Assembly (NCBI GenBank): GCA_963555825.3
Contig: CAUVXB020000001.1
Coordinates: 1,024,001-1,088,000 of the forward strand
Reading direction: 5' to 3'
DNA length: 64,000 nt
From: Alphaproteobacteria bacterium
GTDB taxonomy: Bacteria > Pseudomonadota > Alphaproteobacteria > JAAXGF01
Position 1 is the stretch's first letter; the number at the start of each line of letters is the position of its first letter. Positions 57,363 through 64,000 of this stretch are shown here, one piece after another. The notes beneath the pieces are model-generated. The model had not been told where the DNA came from. It did not search any database and saw only the letters and a program-made list of their open reading frames with translations. The position numbers and the translations under genes are program-made.

Positions 57363-58085
57363 ATGTCCAAGCCGATCGACCCCCCGCTCCAGTTCTTCTT
57401 CGGGACGCTCGCCCAGCCCTGCCCCTATCTGCCCGGCCGGATCGAGAGCAAGGTGGTCACCGAGCTCGCCGGCCCGGACGCCGTCGCACTCCACGACAAA
57501 CTGACGCGCGCCGGCTTCCGGCGCAGCCACACCCTGGCATACAAACCCGCCTGCCCGGGCTGTAACGCCTGCGTGCCGGTGCGCATCCCGGTCGCCGATT
57601 TCCGCTACACGCGCTCGTTCCGGCGTGTCGCGCAACGCAACGTCGGCCTGGTCGCACAAGAGCGTCGGCCGCACGCGACCGAAGAGCAATTCACGCTGTT
57701 CGCCCGTTACCAGGCCTCGCGCCACGGCAACGGCGGCATGGCCCTGATGAGCTTCGAGGATTACCGCTCGATGGTCGAGGACAGCACGGTCGATACGATG
57801 ATCGTCGAATTCCGCGACGCCGACGGCCGCCTCGCCGCGGCCGCGCTGACCGATCGGCTGAGCGACGGGTTGTCGGGCATCTACAAATTCTTCGACCCCG
57901 ACCAGGCGCGCGACAGCACCGGCACCTTCATCGTGCTGTGGCACGTCGAGCGGGCGCGCGAGCTCGGCCTGCCCTATGTCTATCTCGGCTATTGGATCGC
58001 CGACTGCCGCAAGATGGCGTACAAGACCCGCTTTCGCCCGATCGAGGCGCACGGCCCGGCGGGCTGGCAGACGATGGAGGATTAG
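57363..58085 (+). CDS. bpt: aminoacyl-tRNA--protein transferase (Bpt/Ate-like)
   Basis: PCPYLPGRIE, GFRRSH, CPGCNACVPVR, YVYLGYWI, KMAYK. Confidence 0.9.
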   Translation: MSKPIDPPLQFFFGTLAQPCPYLPGRIESKVVTELAGPDAVALHDKLTRAGFRRSHTLAYKPACPGCNACVPVRIPVADFRYTRSFRRVAQRNVGLVAQERRPHATEEQFTLFARYQASRHGNGGMALMSFEDYRSMVEDSTVDTMIVEFRDADGRLAAAALTDRLSDGLSGIYKFFDPDQARDSTGTFIVLWHVERARELGLPYVYLGYWIADCRKMAYKTRFRPIEAHGPAGWQTMED

Positions 58086-58639
58086 GTCGGCCGATAATCG
58101 TCGCGGTCGAGCACGTAGCGCACCTGCGCGACGCCATAGGCGTGGATGTCGGTGTCGAAGACGAAGCCTAGCCGTTCCATCAATGCCCTCGAGGCTTCGT
58201 TCTTCGGGTCGGTGATGGCGACCAGTCGCGCGCGGCCCCGATCGGCGAAGGCATAGTCGACGACCGGCGTCATGGCCTCCAACGCCACGCCGCGTCGCTG
58301 GAATGACGGGTGAACCGCCCAGGCAACTTCGAGCGCAACGCCGGTCGAAGTGTCGGCCTCGCCCTTCGACGGGTTGACGAACCCGCAATAGCCGACGAAA
58401 CGACCCTCGTCGCGCAGGACGATCGCCAGGAAGCCCGCGCCGTGGTCGCGCCAGCCAGCCTTGCTGTCGACAATCCGCTTCCTCGCCACCTCATGGGGGT
58501 CGTCGGGCATGCCGGGGATCGCCAGCACGTCCCACATGGCTTCCTTGCACGTGAAAATCTCAGCGACCGCGTCGACATCGCCGTCGTCGAGCGGCCTGAG
58601 CGTCAAGCGCTCGGTCTCGAGCGTCGGTGGCGCGCGCAT
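58082..58639 (-). CDS. RimJ/RimL-type GNAT acetyltransferase
   Basis: LETERLTLRP, EVAWAV..FQRRG, NEASRALMERLGF. Confidence 0.85.
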   Translation of the reverse strand: MRAPPTLETERLTLRPLDDGDVDAVAEIFTCKEAMWDVLAIPGMPDDPHEVARKRIVDSKAGWRDHGAGFLAIVLRDEGRFVGYCGFVNPSKGEADTSTGVALEVAWAVHPSFQRRGVALEAMTPVVDYAFADRGRARLVAITDPKNEASRALMERLGFVFDTDIHAYGVAQVRYVLDRDDYRPT

Positions 58640-58645
58640 CGTCGC

Positions 58646-60865
<2,220 letters not shown>

Positions 60866-60897
60866 GCCGTCGTCACGCAACCATGCAAGAATTCAAC

Positions 60898-61656
60898 TCA
60901 AGACGCCCCGTTCGCGACTATATCACCAGATGTTGTGGTCATGCGAGCGATACGATCAACAAATCGTTCGCGCGCCGGCGGCATCGCGCGACCGTCGGGG
61001 CCGAAGACATGGTCGTCGAGGAAGCGCCCGGCGAGCCGCAAGCCGGCCACCACCGCCGCGCCGTCGACCGCGCCCGCCCCGATCAGGAAGCCGGGCAACA
61101 CCAGCAACCGGTCGCGATAGGGCTCGCCGGCGGCACGGCTGACCGCCCGCCCCGTCTTGGGCGAAACATAGACCAGATCGTCGGTCCCGCCGGTCGCGGC
61201 GCAGCGCGCCAGATCGAGGCCGAAGCCCAACTCGCCGAGCAACCCGATCTCCCAGCGCACGTAATCGGTGGCCCAGCCGTCGGCGTCGACGATCGCCTCG
61301 ATCAGCGCGAATGTTGCATCGTAGAGCGCCGGATAGGGATGGCGTTCGGGCAGCGTCGCCTCGGCCACCGCGCAGGCCGACGCCAGGCCGGCCAGGCGCA
61401 GCGGATCATCGAGGATCCCCGCCGCATGCGAACGCACCAGCTCGCAGGTAAAGCTGCCGAGATGCTCGGCCAACCGGGCCCGCCACCGGGCGGCGACCAG
61501 ATTGCCCGCCTGATAGACGCCGCGCGCCCGCGACCCCGCGCCACCGCGCACCAGCCCGGCGTGCCGCCCGTGGCCGCGCGTAAAGAGCTGCACCACGGCG
61601 GACGCCTCGCCATGCTTCCGCGCCGCCAACACGATCCCGTCCTCGGTCCAGTCCAT
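60898..61656 (-). CDS. recO: DNA repair protein RecO
   Basis: MDWTEDGIVL..RKHGE, ARLAEHLG, LGFGLDL..CA, YVSPKTGRAVS. Confidence 0.93.
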   Translation of the reverse strand: MDWTEDGIVLAARKHGEASAVVQLFTRGHGRHAGLVRGGAGSRARGVYQAGNLVAARWRARLAEHLGSFTCELVRSHAAGILDDPLRLAGLASACAVAEATLPERHPYPALYDATFALIEAIVDADGWATDYVRWEIGLLGELGFGLDLARCAATGGTDDLVYVSPKTGRAVSRAAGEPYRDRLLVLPGFLIGAGAVDGAAVVAGLRLAGRFLDDHVFGPDGRAMPPARERFVDRIARMTTTSGDIVANGAS

Positions 61657-61706
61657 GGGGGAGGTATAGCAAACGCAGACGAAGTACGGCGGATGAATTT
61701 GAGTGG

Positions 61707-63261
61707 TTATAGGGGTTCGTCGGAGACGCCGCGGTTATCGCCATCGGTAAGACGCGCCAGGTCTTCCTGCATTTTTCTGTAACGTCGCCCGTGCTCGCTC
61801 TCCGGGTAGCGCTCGGCATAGGGCCGCATGAGATGTATGGCCTCGTCCGTCGCCTCGATCGCCGATTCGGTTTCCCCTGCTTCTTCAAGCCTGTCCGATA
61901 GAACCGAGAGGCTCAACGCCAGGTCCGGCTCGTAGCGCGCCGGACTCGCCGCCGCAAGGCGGCGAAAAATGTCCACCGCCTCGCGAACGGCCTCGAGCGC
62001 CGCCGGCGTGTCGCCGACTACGCTCATGTCAGCCGATAGGTTGTTGAGGCTCACCGCCAGGTTCGGCTCGTAGCGCGCCGGGCTCGCCGCTGCGAGGCGG
62101 CGATACAATTCCAATGTCTCACGAATGGCCTCCAGCGCCGCCGGCGCGTCGCCGACCGCGACCAAGCGGTTCGACAGGCTGTTCAGGCTCGACGCCAGGT
62201 CCTGCCCGTAGCGCGTCGGGCTCGCCTCCGCTAGACGGCGGCGTATCTCCACCGCCTCGCGAATCGCCTCCAGCGCCGCTGGCGCGTCGCCACCCTCGCT
62301 CAAGCGAATCGACAGGTTATTCAGGCTCGACGCCAGCTCCGGCTCGTAGCGCGCCGGGCTCGCCGCCGCTAGACGGCGAAATATCTCCACCGCCTCGCGA
62401 CTGGCCTCCAGCGCCGCCGGCGCATCGCCAACCGCGCTCAAACCATTCGACAGGTTGATCAGACTCCCCGCCAGGTCTGGCTCGTAGCGCGCCGGGCTCG
62501 CCGCCGCAAGACGGCGGCATATCTCCACCGCCTCGCGAATGGCCTCAAGTGCTCCCGCGTTGTCTCCTACACTCGCACGAGCAACTGACAGATTGGTAAG
62601 CCGTGCGGATTTTTGAACGTCGTCGTCCACGACATCGGCCAGAGTTTTCCACACCGCGACATCCAGGGGCATTAGGCCCACCGGCAGAATTGCTTCACTG
62701 ACGAATGGGACAGCATGAAGACATCGAGCGGGATGTCCCTCAAATGCCGAGACGAGCCAGTTACTCAATCGATGCGCGTGTAGTCCAAGAACAATCTCGG
62801 TATCGTGAGTGAGCCGGCCTAACCGTTCGAGGCCCCCGGCGACATCGTCGCTAATCGCGGTCCAGAGCCAATCCGGCGCCCTTGCCGGAACGCGACCGAA
62901 CACCGTCACCACCAAAGCGGCAGCAAGGATATCTGGCGTGGGAGCAGGGAAGACATCGTTCTCTAATCGCCCGGAATTGCGCACAGCATCGACAACTTCG
63001 TTGGGTGGCGGCAAGCCTAGATCCAGCTCGGTCATTTGTGCGAGGTTCGTCAAATCCGCGCCACTCAAATCGCCTCGGATGGCCGCAAAGGAAGCTAGCC
63101 GCGGCAAAGCCTCGGAATTTAATCCAACCGCAACGCCCTCGTCCGCAAGGCGGGCGTGTTCGCGACCAACAAGCGCATCGATTACCTCCGGACCGCTCAA
63201 AGTGACTACGGAAACATCTGGGTGCAACACGCTGTGAATGGCGGCAGCCGCGATAAATAAA
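61707..63261 (-). pseudogene. C-terminal part of a TPR-repeat protein (probably STAND NTPase-TPR), 5'-interrupted by IS1380
   Basis: Open frame with 46-aa TPR-like repeats; the sequence above 63261 is the IS end; lower GC than core genes. Confidence 0.75.
61800..62609 (-). repeat. 138-bp coding tandem repeats (5 full units plus 1 degenerate)
   Basis: GGCTCGTAGCGCG-like anchor recurs at 61927, 62065, 62203, 62341 and 62479. Confidence 0.9.
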
Positions 63262-64000
63262 CCGACATTCCCCAGATGCCCTTCAAATTCATGGAAATCA
63301 TACCACCGTTCCACCACCAAGGGAACGGCATCCCTTCCGCAGCCATCCGATGGCTTGATTCTGGAGATTGGTCCTCGTCCGGAAGGCCATTACCCGGATT
63401 TTCCGCCATTCAGACAGACCCCTCCTGTCGTTTTCACCTGGCCATCGATTTTCCCGGCCTACACCGGAACGGGTCTTCGTCGTAGATCATCGATCAGACT
63501 CAGGATATTCCGGAACAGTTCCCTCGGCACCGCGACCTCGGCCAATTGGAACGTGACGTAGCGGCCATGGCTGACCACCTTGGCGCCGATCTTGACCAGC
63601 TTCTCCCGTAGCGTGGTCAGCGACCAGTGCTCGATCTCCTTCGGCAAGGCCAGCATCCGCATGAAGTTGGCGAGATTGTAGGCCAGGGCATGAAGCTGGA
63701 GCCGGACAGCATTGTCGCGGAACTTGCGGCACGACAATCGCGTCCATTTGATCGCGTTCTTGCCTTCCTTGATGTATTGCTCCGCCTTGCCCCGCTGATT
63801 GTAGAACCAAGTCACCCGCTCGGCGGAACGGGACAAGTTGGTGAGGATGAAGCCGACACGGGGAACCAGTTCACCGGGATGCCATTCAACCTTGGCCACG
63901 ACACGACGCTTTCTGTCCCAACTTCCAGCCCGGTAGCTGAAGCTGGCGTAATAGCGCCGCACATGGTTGGGCGGACGACCGACGGGGCGGGTCAGCAGGT
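63262..64000 (-). mobile_element. IS1380-family element (right part; continues beyond the window)
   Basis: Terminus CATCTGGGGAATGTCGG (63278-63262), recalled as typical of IS1380-family ends, downstream of the transposase stop. Confidence 0.82.
63459..64000 (-). CDS. IS1380-family transposase, C-terminal part
   Basis: LLTRPVGRPP, RRVVAKVEWHPGEL, FYNQRGKAEQYIKEGK, NAVRLQLHALAYNL, WSLTTLREKLVKIGAK. Confidence 0.92.
   Translation of the reverse strand, partial: LLTRPVGRPPNHVRRYYASFSYRAGSWDRKRRVVAKVEWHPGELVPRVGFILTNLSRSAERVTWFYNQRGKAEQYIKEGKNAIKWTRLSCRKFRDNAVRLQLHALAYNLANFMRMLALPKEIEHWSLTTLREKLVKIGAKVVSHGRYVTFQLAEVAVPRELFRNILSLIDDLRRRPVPV

Noticed and set aside
61800-62609. Regular repeats considered as a CRISPR array or DGR template
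   Set aside because: 138-bp in-frame coding units with no spacers; no cas or reverse transcriptase gene in the window

Overview
GC-rich alphaproteobacterial chromosome segment; the gene order looks Rhodospirillales-like. Positions 1-25.4 kb are conserved core on the minus strand: tRNA-Leu, tig, clpP, clpX, lon, HU, tRNA-Val, tRNA-Asp, nuoA-N, birA, coaX, rnj, mce, DUF1467, tag. Positions 25.5-42.2 kb hold acyl-CoA and amino-acid catabolic genes: an orphan AceE-like E1, malonyl-CoA decarboxylase, nnr, gcdH, a DGD-like aminotransferase, mmsB, HIB-CoA hydrolase and an isobutyryl-CoA dehydrogenase-like enzyme. This stretch also contains CTAG-bounded mobile DNA: a 310-bp MITE and two inverted IS630 copies. 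Positions 42.4-61.7 kb run hemB, an accessory block, RDD, SLC13, bpt, parC, recO. The right end has a 46-aa-repeat TPR gene cut by an IS1380. The most notable unexplained signal is a pair of homologous ~95-nt multi-hairpin elements (39648-39741 and 40967-41064). They lie in inverted orientation around the second IS630 and show compensatory base changes, suggesting an unrecognised structured ncRNA or REPIN-like mobile repeat. Mosaic sequence inside two of the mobile elements suggests consensus artefacts from mixed filled and empty insertion alleles. All calls come from reading the sequence; no database search was run.
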